Below, piece after piece: positions 1-9,843 of a stretch of DNA of 64,000 nt; position 1 is the stretch's first letter; each line of letters opens with the position of its first letter. The notes beneath the pieces are model-generated. The model saw nothing but the letters and a program-made list of their open reading frames with translations, was not told where the DNA came from and did not search any database. This stretch comes from an uncultured Acidobacteriota bacterium (lineage in GTDB: Bacteria > Acidobacteriota > Thermoanaerobaculia > Multivoradales > JAHEKO01), in contig CAVQNG010000003.1 of assembly GCA_963713825.1 (NCBI GenBank), positions 1,536,001 to 1,600,000 on the forward strand, in the 5' to 3' direction. The translations under genes and the position numbers were made by a program.

Positions 1-2
1 GC

Positions 3-1622
3 GCCATCCTGGTCGAACCGACCGCGGGCCTGGAGACCAACCATCGCAAGGAGGAGCGGGAAGCGGTCGAGCTGGCCCGGAAGTACGGGCTAGAGCTGGT
101 CGACATGGCAAGGTTTCGGATCGATAACGACCTCCTGAGATCGATCCCCTTCGACATCATGCTGCGCTACAACTTCGTCCCCGAAGCCGAGGAGTCGGGT
201 CGTCTGATCGTCGTCATGGTCGACCCTGGCGACATCACCAAGCTGGACGAATTGGAGCTTCTGCTAGGCAAGCCAATTGAGGTCAAGTTGGGGCGCCGCT
301 CGGCCATCGAGGAGATCCTGAAGCGCTCCGAAGGCGCCCAGCGCGTTCTCGATGAAGCGTCGGAGGACTTTCGGCTCCAGTTGGTCCAGGAAGATGCGGA
401 TGGGGACGAGGTGCTGTCGCTGGACAGCATCACGGCCGACAGCAGCCCCATCATCAAACTGGTCGATTCGACGATCTTCAATGCCATCCAGCGGCGGGCG
501 AGCGACATCCATATCGAAACTCGTGAAACGGAAGTGGTCATCAAGTATCGGATCGACGGGGTCTTGTACCAGGCGATGGAGCCCATCGACCGGCGCCATC
601 ATCAGACCATCATCAGTCGCATCAAGGTCATGGCCGAGTTGGACATTGCCGAGAGGCGCATTCCGCAAGACGGCCGCTTCAAGCTCCGCTTCGAAGGGCG
701 CAATATCGACTTTCGCGTTTCCATCATGCCTTCGGTTCATGGCGAGGACGCGGTCATTAGAATCCTCGACAAGGAGTCCATGAGCAAGGAGTTCCGACAG
801 CTGCGGCTCGACGTGCTGGGCCTCGATGGCGCCACCATCCAAAAGATGCGGAAGTTCATTCGCGAGCCCTATGGCATGGTTCTGGTGACCGGGCCGACGG
901 GCTCTGGTAAGACCACCACTCTCTACGCCTGCGTGTCGGAGATCCAGTCCTCAGAGGACAAGATCGTCACTATCGAGGATCCGGTCGAGTATCAACTACG
1001 AGGTGTGACTCAGATCCCCGTCAACGAGAAGAAGGGGCTGACGTTCGCTCGCGGTCTGCGCTCGATCTTGCGCCACGACCCCGACAAGATCATGGTCGGT
1101 GAGATCCGGGACGAGGAGACGGCGCAGATCGCCGTGCAATCCGCCTTGACGGGACATCTGGTCTTCACCACCGTGCATGCCAACAACGTTGTCGATGTGC
1201 TGGGTCGCTTTCTCAACATGAACGTCGATCTCTACAATTTCGTTTCGGCTCTGAACTGCGTTCTAGCGCAACGTCTGGTACGCAACATCTGCACGCATTG
1301 TCGAACGGAAATGCAGCCATCGGAGGAGCTACTGCTGGACAGCGGTCTCGACCCGGCGATCACCAGCGATCGGAGTTTCTATGAAGGCAAGGGCTGCATC
1401 GAGTGCAGTGGAACCGGTTTTCTGGGACGTACCGCCATCTCCGAGCTATTGGACCTGTCGGATCACATCCGTGAGCTCATCCTGGAACGACGGCCCGCAT
1501 CGGAGATCAAGCGGGCCGCCCGAGAGGAGGGCATGACCTTCTTGCGCGAATCGGCTCTGCAGAGAGCTTTCGAAGGAGTGACGACGCTACGTGAGATCAA
1601 CAAGGTTACCTTCGTGGAGTAG
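3..1622 (+). CDS. GspE/PilB-family secretion/pilus assembly ATPase (5' end probably outside the window)
   Basis: Walker A GPTGSGKT, Asp box TIEDPVE, Walker B MVGEIRD, His box, CxxC..CxxC Zn motif. The frame is open from position 3 upstream of the ATG at 105. Confidence 0.93.
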   Translation, partial: AILVEPTAGLETNHRKEEREAVELARKYGLELVDMARFRIDNDLLRSIPFDIMLRYNFVPEAEESGRLIVVMVDPGDITKLDELELLLGKPIEVKLGRRSAIEEILKRSEGAQRVLDEASEDFRLQLVQEDADGDEVLSLDSITADSSPIIKLVDSTIFNAIQRRASDIHIETRETEVVIKYRIDGVLYQAMEPIDRRHHQTIISRIKVMAELDIAERRIPQDGRFKLRFEGRNIDFRVSIMPSVHGEDAVIRILDKESMSKEFRQLRLDVLGLDGATIQKMRKFIREPYGMVLVTGPTGSGKTTTLYACVSEIQSSEDKIVTIEDPVEYQLRGVTQIPVNEKKGLTFARGLRSILRHDPDKIMVGEIRDEETAQIAVQSALTGHLVFTTVHANNVVDVLGRFLNMNVDLYNFVSALNCVLAQRLVRNICTHCRTEMQPSEELLLDSGLDPAITSDRSFYEGKGCIECSGTGFLGRTAISELLDLSDHIRELILERRPASEIKRAAREEGMTFLRESALQRAFEGVTTLREINKVTFVE

Positions 1623-2574
1623 GGGTCTACTGGGCCTCGATCCGGTGCCGATGCCGCCGCATGTCTTTGCGGTCGACGGCCTCCGTTTGCGCTATGGCTG
1701 CTTCGAGGAAAGTGAGCAGGGCTGGAGCTTGAGCACCTATAGAGAGGTGGCGTTGAGTGCGGACGCTTTCGTGCCGGGACCGCTCGGTAGTAGCCTTCGA
1801 GATCCGGAGCGGTTGCGGGTCCCGCTGACCGAGTTGTTGAGAAGCCTCGACTCGACGATCACTGACGCTTCCCTGGTCCTGCCAGATTCCTGGCTGAGAT
1901 TGGCGGTAGTCGAGGCGGAGAAGCTCCCCAGGGGCAGTGGCGCGCGGGAGGAGATCCTGCGCTGGAAGCTGCAGCAGATCATCCCATTCAAAGTCGAGGA
2001 CCTGCGGATTCGCGAGATGGAGTTGGCCCAGTTGCAGAAGAGACAGGGTGTCAAGCGCGTCCTGATCGGCTTCGGGCTCGACCAGCCCATGAGTCAGCTC
2101 GAGGAGCTCTTCGCCGAGCAGGGCATTCGCATCGGCAATCTCGTGAACCAGAGTCTGAGCACATTGACTGCAGTGGCCCACAACTTGCGGAACGTGGAGC
2201 TCGGAGCCGTCGTCCTCCTGACCAAGGACGGCTACAGCCTTTCGTTCCTCTATCGTGGTGAGCCCTTGCTGCATCGCCATCGGACACTGGCCGGTCAGTC
2301 GATCGCCGACCTGCCCGAAGGCATGGTCACTCGGGACCTCAACCTGACCAAGGTATTTCTCGAAGATCTTGTCGGTGGAGTCGGGTTGGAGCGCATCCTC
2401 CTCGTGGGCCCTGCAGAGACGCTTGGACCCTGGGGGAAGTTGTTGGAAGAGGGTTTCGGAGTCCCCCCTCTGCCGCTGGAAACCGAGTACCTGGCCTTGG
2501 CTGGTGATCTGTCCGGATCTTCCATTGATGAGCTGGCTCCTGTATTTGGCGCTGCGGCCCAGAGGATCACATGA
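1591..2574 (+). CDS. PilM/GspL-like actin-fold pilus assembly protein
   Basis: Lies between the ATPase and PilN-like gene; LVLPDSWLR and EILRWKLQQIIPF are PilM-like segments. Start is uncertain. Confidence 0.7.
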   Translation: MRSTRLPSWSRGLLGLDPVPMPPHVFAVDGLRLRYGCFEESEQGWSLSTYREVALSADAFVPGPLGSSLRDPERLRVPLTELLRSLDSTITDASLVLPDSWLRLAVVEAEKLPRGSGAREEILRWKLQQIIPFKVEDLRIREMELAQLQKRQGVKRVLIGFGLDQPMSQLEELFAEQGIRIGNLVNQSLSTLTAVAHNLRNVELGAVVLLTKDGYSLSFLYRGEPLLHRHRTLAGQSIADLPEGMVTRDLNLTKVFLEDLVGGVGLERILLVGPAETLGPWGKLLEEGFGVPPLPLETEYLALAGDLSGSSIDELAPVFGAAAQRIT

Positions 2575-3320
2575 AGCCGGCTGCGATGAATCTGGCTTCG
2601 AGGCCATTCACCAACGAGCAGCCGGTGATTCGCTCCTCGGTCCTGCTGTGGATCTTGGGCCTGGCGCTTCTGGTCCTGAACATCACCCTCTATTACAGGC
2701 ACATCGAGGGCAAGGGTGAGTTGCAGGAATTGTTGCGGCAGACGGACAAGCGTTTGATCGAGGAAACGGAGGCGATCGAGCACCTGCGAGGCGAGTTGGG
2801 GCAATTGGACCTGGTGCGACAAAACGAGCAGGTGACGTTTCTCAACTCACAGATTGCCCTGCGGATCTTCTCGTGGAGCGCTCTGTTCGATCGGCTGGCG
2901 GAAGTCGTCCCTGCGGCGATCCAGATGAAAGGAATCTCGCCGAATATCGTCGAGGCCAAAGATGCCGATCCTCGCGGTCGGCGCGGCGACTCATCGGACG
3001 AGATGGTAAAAGTCGACTTGCAGGGAACGACCCGCAGTCCCGAAGCCGTCCTCGAGTTGGTAGACGCCTTGTTCGCTCATCCCAGTTTCCTGGATCCCGA
3101 TCTAACGCGGGAGTCCTTCGCGGCCGGTCAGGACAACAGTTTTGCTCTTTCGGTGTTCTACCTCCCGGGCCGGGCTGAAGAAGAGGTCCCCCTGGAGAAC
3201 TCGATGGACACGATGCCTGCGGAGACCGAGGAAACGTCCCTGGACGTCGATGAAGTCGACGAGGAGCTTGCCCAGGATCCTGTCACCCAGGGTCAGGTGT
3301 CGATGGAGGACAGCGAATGA
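2571..3320 (+). CDS. PilN-like inner-membrane protein
   Basis: N-terminal NLASRPF, one TM, coiled coil, WSALFDRLAEVVP segment, ATGA overlaps with neighbours. Confidence 0.75.
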   Translation: MKPAAMNLASRPFTNEQPVIRSSVLLWILGLALLVLNITLYYRHIEGKGELQELLRQTDKRLIEETEAIEHLRGELGQLDLVRQNEQVTFLNSQIALRIFSWSALFDRLAEVVPAAIQMKGISPNIVEAKDADPRGRRGDSSDEMVKVDLQGTTRSPEAVLELVDALFAHPSFLDPDLTRESFAAGQDNSFALSVFYLPGRAEEEVPLENSMDTMPAETEETSLDVDEVDEELAQDPVTQGQVSMEDSE

Positions 3321-3919
3321 TCTCGGCGCAGAGTCCCTGGCGGGCGCGACTCAAGATCTGGCTTCCGGCTCTGATCCTGGTGGTGCTGAACCTGGGGGTT
3401 CTCTCCACCTACCGCTTTCTGCTCGCCGGCCAGGCCCAGATCCAGGCCGGGAGGGTCGAGCGCAGACAGGCTCGGGTGGCAGAGCTCGAGGCGGAGCGCC
3501 TCGTTCTCGAAGAAGCGGCGACTGATGTCAAACGCAACAGAGAGCTCGTTGACAGGCTTTTCGAGGGGTGGCTTACCCCCGAGAGCGAGAGACTGACCGC
3601 CGTGATCGGGGAGGTCAAGGGTCTGGCGCAAGCGGCTGGAGTCGAGTACTCCAGCTTCAGCTATCCCGACCAGCTGCTCGAGGACGAGGGCCTGGTCAAG
3701 CGCTCGCTCGTTTTCACCGTCGAGGGTACTTATCTCGAGCTCCGAAGCTTCATCAATTTGATCGAGGTCTCCGACCTGTTCCTCATCCTGGAGTCGGTTC
3801 GACTGACCGGTGGATCCCGAGAAGGTCCGCAGGTCCGCGTCTCGATGACCGTTTCGACGCTCTTTGTTCTGGATGGACCGGACCCGGCAGGGAGCGACCA
3901 GCCGGAGATTTCGAGCTGA
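3317..3919 (+). CDS. PilO/GspM-like protein
   Basis: One TM, coiled coil, VEGTYLELRSFINLIE PilO-type motif. Confidence 0.75.
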   Translation: MISAQSPWRARLKIWLPALILVVLNLGVLSTYRFLLAGQAQIQAGRVERRQARVAELEAERLVLEEAATDVKRNRELVDRLFEGWLTPESERLTAVIGEVKGLAQAAGVEYSSFSYPDQLLEDEGLVKRSLVFTVEGTYLELRSFINLIEVSDLFLILESVRLTGGSREGPQVRVSMTVSTLFVLDGPDPAGSDQPEISS

Positions 3920-4524
3920 TGAGCACAGACCAGCGGAAGAGGGTGCTGTTTGGGGCGCTTCTGGTGGTGATGCTCGCCATCGTCTGGCGACAGGTCGGAC
4001 CACGGTTCGGGGGCGGCGGCGGGGCGAGCGACGTCGGTTCTCGCGCTCGGTCTGCCACGAATGGAGCCATCGTGTCGGTACTCGATTTACCCGAGGTCGT
4101 CGAATTGCGACTCGGGGATCTCGAGAAGATGGCCGGTCAGTTCAGGCCGGGCCGAGACCCCTTTCGTTTTGGAGAGGTCGAGGCGGTCGAGGCCGAGCCG
4201 ACGGCGGACGAGGCTGCCGATGCCGAGCGCGAGGCGGCGGCGTTGGAAGCCATGCGCCGGGCGATGGAAGCGCGACGAAGCCAGACTTCGGATGCTCCCA
4301 GCAGGCCAGCGCTGCCGGATCTCGACGTCAAGTTCCTGGGCAGTTTCGGACCTCGGCAGAAGCGGCTGGCGGTTTTCAGTGACGGTGACGAGATCTTCAA
4401 CGTTCTGGAGGGCGGGATTTTGAAGCGCCATTTCGTAATCAGGCAGATCGGTTTCGAGTCCGTAGACGTCGGCTACGCCGACTATCCGGACGAGCCGCCG
4501 ATTCGGTTGGCGGTGGGAGGGTAG
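3919..4524 (+). CDS. PilP/GspC-like periplasmic protein
   Basis: ATG overlaps the upstream TGA; N-terminal TM, GRDPF motif and C-terminal beta domain; lies directly before the secretin. Confidence 0.6.
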   Translation: MSTDQRKRVLFGALLVVMLAIVWRQVGPRFGGGGGASDVGSRARSATNGAIVSVLDLPEVVELRLGDLEKMAGQFRPGRDPFRFGEVEAVEAEPTADEAADAEREAAALEAMRRAMEARRSQTSDAPSRPALPDLDVKFLGSFGPRQKRLAVFSDGDEIFNVLEGGILKRHFVIRQIGFESVDVGYADYPDEPPIRLAVGG

Positions 4525-4525
4525 T

Positions 4526-7093
4526 ATGCTGAAGGCGGTGAAGATGTCAAGCAACCAAACTCGAAGACTCGCGGTGCTGGTCCTGGCGCTCATGGTAGCG
4601 GCCTGCTCCGGCTATCGAGACGCGCGGGATGCGCAGATCGCCGAGCAGAAGGGCGACTGGGACACAGCAGTGCTGCTGTACCTCGAGCTGGCGGAACAGA
4701 ACCCGAGTAACGTCTCGTATCGAACGGGTCTGCTGCGCGCCAAGATCAAAGCCTCCCAGATGCATTTTGAGCGTGGCAAGGACCTCTACGACGCAGGGGT
4801 CCTGGACCGGGCCATCGAGGAGTATCGGCAGGCGGTACAGCTCGATCCGAGCAATCAGTACGCGCAGGTCGAGTTGGAGAAATCGGTCTACGCTCTGGCC
4901 AGAGCCCAGGATGGATCGCAGCCAGAGACGCTGGCCGAGATGAAAGAGAGCATGCGGGGCAGTCGTGCCCAGCCGCCGGTGCTCAACCCGCGCTCCAACG
5001 AGCCGATTTCGCTCGCCTTCCCGAAGCCGGTGAGTGTCACCAGTATCTATCGCGCTCTTGGCAAGGCCTACGGCATCGACGTCTTGTTCGATCCCAAGAT
5101 GAGAGAGCAGGAGATCACCATCGAGTTGGAGGACGCGACAGCGAAAGAAGCTCTAGAGATCCTGATGAGGGCTGCCGGCCATTTCTACAAGGTTCTCAAT
5201 GAGCAGACGATCATTGTCGTCGAGGACAGTCCCCAGAATCGACGGGCCTACGAGGATCTCGTCATCCAGACCTTCTTCCTCTCGAACGCTGAAGTCAAAG
5301 ACGTGATGACCATGCTACGAAGCCTGGTCGGGGCGAAGAGTGTCGCCGCCAACGATCAGCTCAACGCCATCGCGCTGCGCGACACGGCCGACAAGGTCAA
5401 AGTGGCCGAGAGCATCATCCGGACGAACGACAAATCACGGGGCGAGGTGGTTGTCGACGTCGAGCTGCTGCAAATCAATACCAGCAAGCTGCAGGAGCTC
5501 GGGGTGTTGCTGACCGACTACTCGATCACGCAATTTCTGGACCCGGCGCTGCAGGTTGCCGATACGGGAGCGTTCCGAGTCTCGGATCTGGAGTTCATCA
5601 ACCAGGGCGATTGGCTGGTGACCATCCCGGGATTCGTCTATGACTTCGTCAAGACCAGCACCGAAGCGCAGCTGCTGGCCAGTCCGCAGGTCCGTATCAG
5701 CGACGGCGAGCAGGCCACCGTACATATCGGCGAGCAGGTTCCCATACCGGTGACGAGCTTCAATACCTCGGGGACCATCGGTGGCAACATCGTGCCGATC
5801 ACTTCCTTTCAGTACCAGGACATCGGCATCCGGCTCGATATTCAGCCCCGTTTGCACCACAACAAGGAGATCACGCTCGAGCTCAAGGTTGAAGTGAGCA
5901 ACATCTCCGGATTTGTGACTGGCGTTGGGGAGCAGCAACAGCCGATCATCGGCACACGCCGCGTCGAGTCCACCATTCGCCTCATGGATGGTGAGACCAA
6001 CTTCCTGGCTGGTTTGATTCGGACGGACGAAACAGTGACCGATACCGGCATTCCCGGGTTGATGGATCTGCCGCTGATCGGACGCCTGTTCACGCACAAG
6101 AAGACCGACGCCAAACGTACCGATCTGATCTTGACGCTGACCCCGCACATCATTCGGACCCCGAATGTGGATGCCGAGGATCTGGCGCCGATCTGGGTCG
6201 GGACCGAGGCCAACATCACTTTCCGAGGCGGCAGCCCCCGGGTCGAGTCGGATGTGGAAGGCCCCTTCGATGAGGGTGAGGACGAGGATGCCGAGCGGAT
6301 TCGCGAGATGATCCGACGCCGCATCCAGAATCTACCTCGTGGCTTGCAAGATGCGGCGGGGGAGGGAGAGCAGGGCACCGAGGAGCTCCCCGATTCGATC
6401 AACCTGACGCCTTCGGCGGCGCCAGGCGACATTTTCGACGGTCCGGTGGATCGTGAAACAGAAGGTGGGCCTCTGAGTGGAGATCCGCTGGACGAGCCGC
6501 CGCCCAACGACCAGGCCTCGAAAGCCTTCTCGACACCGCTCGCTCCGACGATGCTGACGGTTGCCCTTCAGGTCGATAGCGAGAAGACGGCCGAGAAGGG
6601 GCCGCCCAAAGTGGAACTCGAGCTCCAACCAGTGCGGCCGCTAGTGGCTCCCGGTGCCACATTCGATGTGAAGCTCGTGGTCAATGCCAGGGTGCCTGTC
6701 TCACATCTACCGGTGACCCTGACCTTCGATCCCCGGGTTCTGGAGGTGGTCCACGTCCAACGAGGCGGCTTTCTGGGTTCTTCGGGCCAGGCACAGTTCA
6801 TGGCGGACACTTCGAATCCGGGGCGAGTCGTGTTGGGTGCCAGTCGTGTCGGCCAGCGGCCTGGGGTCACCGGCACGGGCCTCGTCGCCAACCTTCGATT
6901 CCGCGCTCTGGAGGAGGGTCAGACGACTGTGGGCTTCGAAAAGGGCAGGGCTCTGGACCAGCGACTGAAGCCAATCAATCCCGTCGGTAGAGCCGTGGCC
7001 GTGGTTCGGGTCTCGGGTACCGCCAAGCGCAGAGATGCTGCCGAGAGGCCATCCCGGCCAGACGACTCCTCACCGCCTCCACGAGAGCGCTAG
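4526..7093 (+). CDS. Secretin (GspD/PilQ family) with lipobox, TPR N-terminus and C-terminal cohesin-like domain
   Basis: VAAC lipobox, TPR-like helices, secretin motifs (LASPQVRISDGEQA, GIPGLMDLPLIGRLF, LILTLTPHII) and a beta-sandwich tail. Confidence 0.9.
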   Translation: MLKAVKMSSNQTRRLAVLVLALMVAACSGYRDARDAQIAEQKGDWDTAVLLYLELAEQNPSNVSYRTGLLRAKIKASQMHFERGKDLYDAGVLDRAIEEYRQAVQLDPSNQYAQVELEKSVYALARAQDGSQPETLAEMKESMRGSRAQPPVLNPRSNEPISLAFPKPVSVTSIYRALGKAYGIDVLFDPKMREQEITIELEDATAKEALEILMRAAGHFYKVLNEQTIIVVEDSPQNRRAYEDLVIQTFFLSNAEVKDVMTMLRSLVGAKSVAANDQLNAIALRDTADKVKVAESIIRTNDKSRGEVVVDVELLQINTSKLQELGVLLTDYSITQFLDPALQVADTGAFRVSDLEFINQGDWLVTIPGFVYDFVKTSTEAQLLASPQVRISDGEQATVHIGEQVPIPVTSFNTSGTIGGNIVPITSFQYQDIGIRLDIQPRLHHNKEITLELKVEVSNISGFVTGVGEQQQPIIGTRRVESTIRLMDGETNFLAGLIRTDETVTDTGIPGLMDLPLIGRLFTHKKTDAKRTDLILTLTPHIIRTPNVDAEDLAPIWVGTEANITFRGGSPRVESDVEGPFDEGEDEDAERIREMIRRRIQNLPRGLQDAAGEGEQGTEELPDSINLTPSAAPGDIFDGPVDRETEGGPLSGDPLDEPPPNDQASKAFSTPLAPTMLTVALQVDSEKTAEKGPPKVELELQPVRPLVAPGATFDVKLVVNARVPVSHLPVTLTFDPRVLEVVHVQRGGFLGSSGQAQFMADTSNPGRVVLGASRVGQRPGVTGTGLVANLRFRALEEGQTTVGFEKGRALDQRLKPINPVGRAVAVVRVSGTAKRRDAAERPSRPDDSSPPPRER

Positions 7094-7119
7094 TCGGTTG
7101 GCGGAGGAAGCAGCAGGAG

Positions 7120-7602
7120 ATGTCCAGCATCCGATCGAGGTTCGACCCGCGCCGGAAGCGCGGCTACACCATGGTGGAAATGGTGGTCGTCTGCGCACTC
7201 CTGGTGATCGTGGCGGCGGTCGCACTCCCTACCGCCAAGTACTCCATCAAGCGCGGCAAGGAGATGGAGCTCAGGCAGGCCCTGCGCCAGATGCGCAACG
7301 CCATCGACGAGTTCAAGCGCTACAGCGACGCGGGGCTGATTCCAGTCGAGCTCGGCACCGATGGGTACCCTTCCGAGTTGGAGATCCTGATCGAAGGGGT
7401 CGAGGTCGTGGGTCAGATCGACAAGTCGGTCCGATTTCTGCGTCGCCTCCCGGTGGATCCCATGACCGGTGAGGCCGAATGGGGTCTGAGGAGCTTTCAG
7501 GACGATTTCGACTCCGACTCGTGGGGGGGCGAGAATGTCTTCGATGTCTATTCGCTGAGCGAAGGAGTGGGCCTCGACGGGGTCCCGTATCAGGAGTGGT
7601 GA
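7120..7602 (+). CDS. Type IV (pseudo)pilin, GspG-like
   Basis: Class III signal RRKRG|YTMVE, hydrophobic helix, GYPSELE and LRRLPVDPMTG motifs. Confidence 0.85.
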   Translation: MSSIRSRFDPRRKRGYTMVEMVVVCALLVIVAAVALPTAKYSIKRGKEMELRQALRQMRNAIDEFKRYSDAGLIPVELGTDGYPSELEILIEGVEVVGQIDKSVRFLRRLPVDPMTGEAEWGLRSFQDDFDSDSWGGENVFDVYSLSEGVGLDGVPYQEW

Positions 7603-7604
7603 AG

Positions 7605-8036
7605 ATGACTGATCGAACCAGAGGCTCTAGAGGAGGCGGGTTCACTCTGCTTGAGCTCATCGTCGTGGTGGCCATCGTCGGCATCTTGGCTACGATGGCG
7701 ATGCCGGCACTCAAGAACGTGCCCCGAAGAGCTGCCGAGGCGGTGCTCAAGTCGGATCTGAGGACGTTTCGGGACATCATCGATCAGTTCCATGCCGACA
7801 AGGGCCACTATCCTCCGACGCTGGAAGCCCTGATCGAAGAGGGCTATCTGCGCTCGATGCCGATGGACCCGATCACCAAGCGCACCGATACCTGGGTCGA
7901 GATCTACGAGGAGCTCGATCCGGACTTCATCCCGGCCGAGACCGACCTGCCAGAGGATGGCCAGCCTGGAATTGTGGATGTCCGCTCAGGCTCGACGATT
8001 CTCAGCGTGTCCGGCACGCCCTACTACGAGTGGTGA
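7605..8036 (+). CDS. Type IV (pseudo)pilin, GspG-like
   Basis: G|FTLLE prepilin site; YPPTLEAL and YLRSMPMDP motifs. Confidence 0.88.
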   Translation: MTDRTRGSRGGGFTLLELIVVVAIVGILATMAMPALKNVPRRAAEAVLKSDLRTFRDIIDQFHADKGHYPPTLEALIEEGYLRSMPMDPITKRTDTWVEIYEELDPDFIPAETDLPEDGQPGIVDVRSGSTILSVSGTPYYEW

Positions 8037-8869
8037 GGGGCCACCTCTTGAGTCACCCACGGAGACCAGGGATCGCGTCACGCTCGAGTCTCTCCAGGAG
8101 CCGACAGAAGGGATTCACATTGGTGGCCCTTGTCGTCATCACGACGGTGATGACGATTCTGGTAGCAGCGGCGATGCCCCTGTGGAGTCAGATCGTCAAA
8201 CGGGATCGCGAGGCGGAACTGGTCTTTCGCGGGCTGCAATACGCCGAAGCGATCCGTGTCTTCCAGCTGCGGTTCCAGCGTTATCCGGTCAGCCTGGAGG
8301 AGCTGCTGAATGCCAAGCCAAGGTGTCTGCGCCAGCTCTGGAAGGACCCCATGACCGACAGCGGGGAGTGGGGGCTCGTCGTGGCCCAGTCGGGAAGGCC
8401 CGCCGGGCAGGGGCGCCGCATTCCTCAGACCAGGGGAGAGCGGAGGCAGCGTCTGAGCCAGGTCAATCAGGAGCAGGAGGAGGCGCGGAAACAGGGCGGG
8501 CTGACGATCGGCGGCGATCCTCAGGATCTCGCTGGCGGTAGTGCTCCGGGCGGTCGAGCCAGCTCGCTGAGCGGCAGACAGGCTATGGGGCCCATTCAGG
8601 GTGTTCATAGCCGCAGCACCGAGTTGGGTGTCAGGACCTTCATGGGCAGCGAGGCCTACAACGAATGGCAGTTCTCGACGGATCTGCTGCCGGTGCCGGC
8701 GGTCGTGCCCGGCAGCCTGAATCTTCTCAGAGCGAACAACGACTCGGTGGGTCGCTCGTTTCCTCCTGGCCTGGAGCCCAAGCAAGGCGGGGCTCCCGGT
8801 GCAGGACAGACGCCAGATGGTCGTCGGAACCGAGGTCAGAAGAAACAGGGGGCGAGACCCGGTGGATAA
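8030..8869 (+). CDS. Minor (pseudo)pilin lacking Glu5 (GspK/PilX-like)
   Basis: QKG|FTLVALV with Ala at +5; YPVSLEEL and [10 protein letters not shown]; long low-complexity insert. Confidence 0.75.
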   Translation: MVRGHLLSHPRRPGIASRSSLSRSRQKGFTLVALVVITTVMTILVAAAMPLWSQIVKRDREAELVFRGLQYAEAIRVFQLRFQRYPVSLEELLNAKPRCLRQLWKDPMTDSGEWGLVVAQSGRPAGQGRRIPQTRGERRQRLSQVNQEQEEARKQGGLTIGGDPQDLAGGSAPGGRASSLSGRQAMGPIQGVHSRSTELGVRTFMGSEAYNEWQFSTDLLPVPAVVPGSLNLLRANNDSVGRSFPPGLEPKQGGAPGAGQTPDGRRNRGQKKQGARPGG

Positions 8870-9314
8870 GGTAACGCTCCGTGTCCAAAGGTTGTCGCAC
8901 GCCGCCGACCTGCCTTTGCCGGAACAGGCCTCTGCCGGTAGTGCTGGGTTGGATCTTCGAGCCGCGGTCTCTGAGGATCTCTTGCTGGCCCCCGGGGAAC
9001 GGACGCTGGTACCCACCGGCATGGTTCTAGAACTGCCTCGAGGCTGGGAGGGTCAGGTACGGCCCCGCAGCGGCCTCGCCATCCGCAATGGGATCAGCCT
9101 GCTCAACTCGCCTGGCACCATCGACAGCGACTACCGGGGAGAGCTGAAGGTGGTGCTGGCCAATCTGGGAGGCGAGCCCTTCACCATCCGTCGAGGCGAT
9201 CGAATCGCCCAGCTCGTGGTCGCGCCGGTCTCGAGAGTGGAAGTGCTGGAGGCTTCGGAAGTGGGCACTACCGACCGGGGCTCCGGTGGTTTCGGTTCGA
9301 CCGGAGTCGACTGA
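8862..9314 (+). CDS. dut: dUTP diphosphatase
   Basis: [29 protein letters not shown] and [10 protein letters not shown] motifs; GTG start overlaps the pilin stop. Confidence 0.96.
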   Translation: MDKVTLRVQRLSHAADLPLPEQASAGSAGLDLRAAVSEDLLLAPGERTLVPTGMVLELPRGWEGQVRPRSGLAIRNGISLLNSPGTIDSDYRGELKVVLANLGGEPFTIRRGDRIAQLVVAPVSRVEVLEASEVGTTDRGSGGFGSTGVD

Positions 9315-9843
9315 TCAGGCCCAATTCGGGTCCGATAACACCGCTTGCTACTTCTCGATTCGAGCCGCGGCGAAGCCTAAATCCTGCTGGCTCAGGCCGT
9401 TGCGGAATTGTCGAGAAATCGTCAAAAAACCTGTGTCTAGAGAGGGCCCGTGTGTAGTACACTGGCACGCACTCGAGAGACTTTTCCTCCCTCCGAAGAG
9501 CCTTCGAGAAGAGTGCCGGAGCCGACCGAACCATGTGTACTGGGAAGCACCCCCGGCTCCATGCAATTCAGGTGCTCGATGTAGTCTCGGGGACGGGTCA
9601 CCGAGCTCGACGACCAGGCGCCAGGGAGGTCCGGAAGCGGCCTTTGAAGTGCTTCTGGCACACCACCTCCCGGACGGAGATTGCTGCCTGACGCCGTGAT
9701 GCAGTCGTGGGAGTAGGGAGCGTGACCAGAGTCGAGCAGTACCACGCAGCACCCCTTTCAAACTCGCTAGCCGTTTTGCGGCTCCCGTTAGTGGAGCTTT
9801 CGAAGCCCATTCATTTTCACCTCGTCGAAGAAGGAGGACACCG

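Noticed and set aside
9315-9843. Cobalamin riboswitch upstream of the TonB receptor
   Set aside because: No B12-box or GGGAA..GCCACTG consensus visible; kept only as an unknown structured leader.
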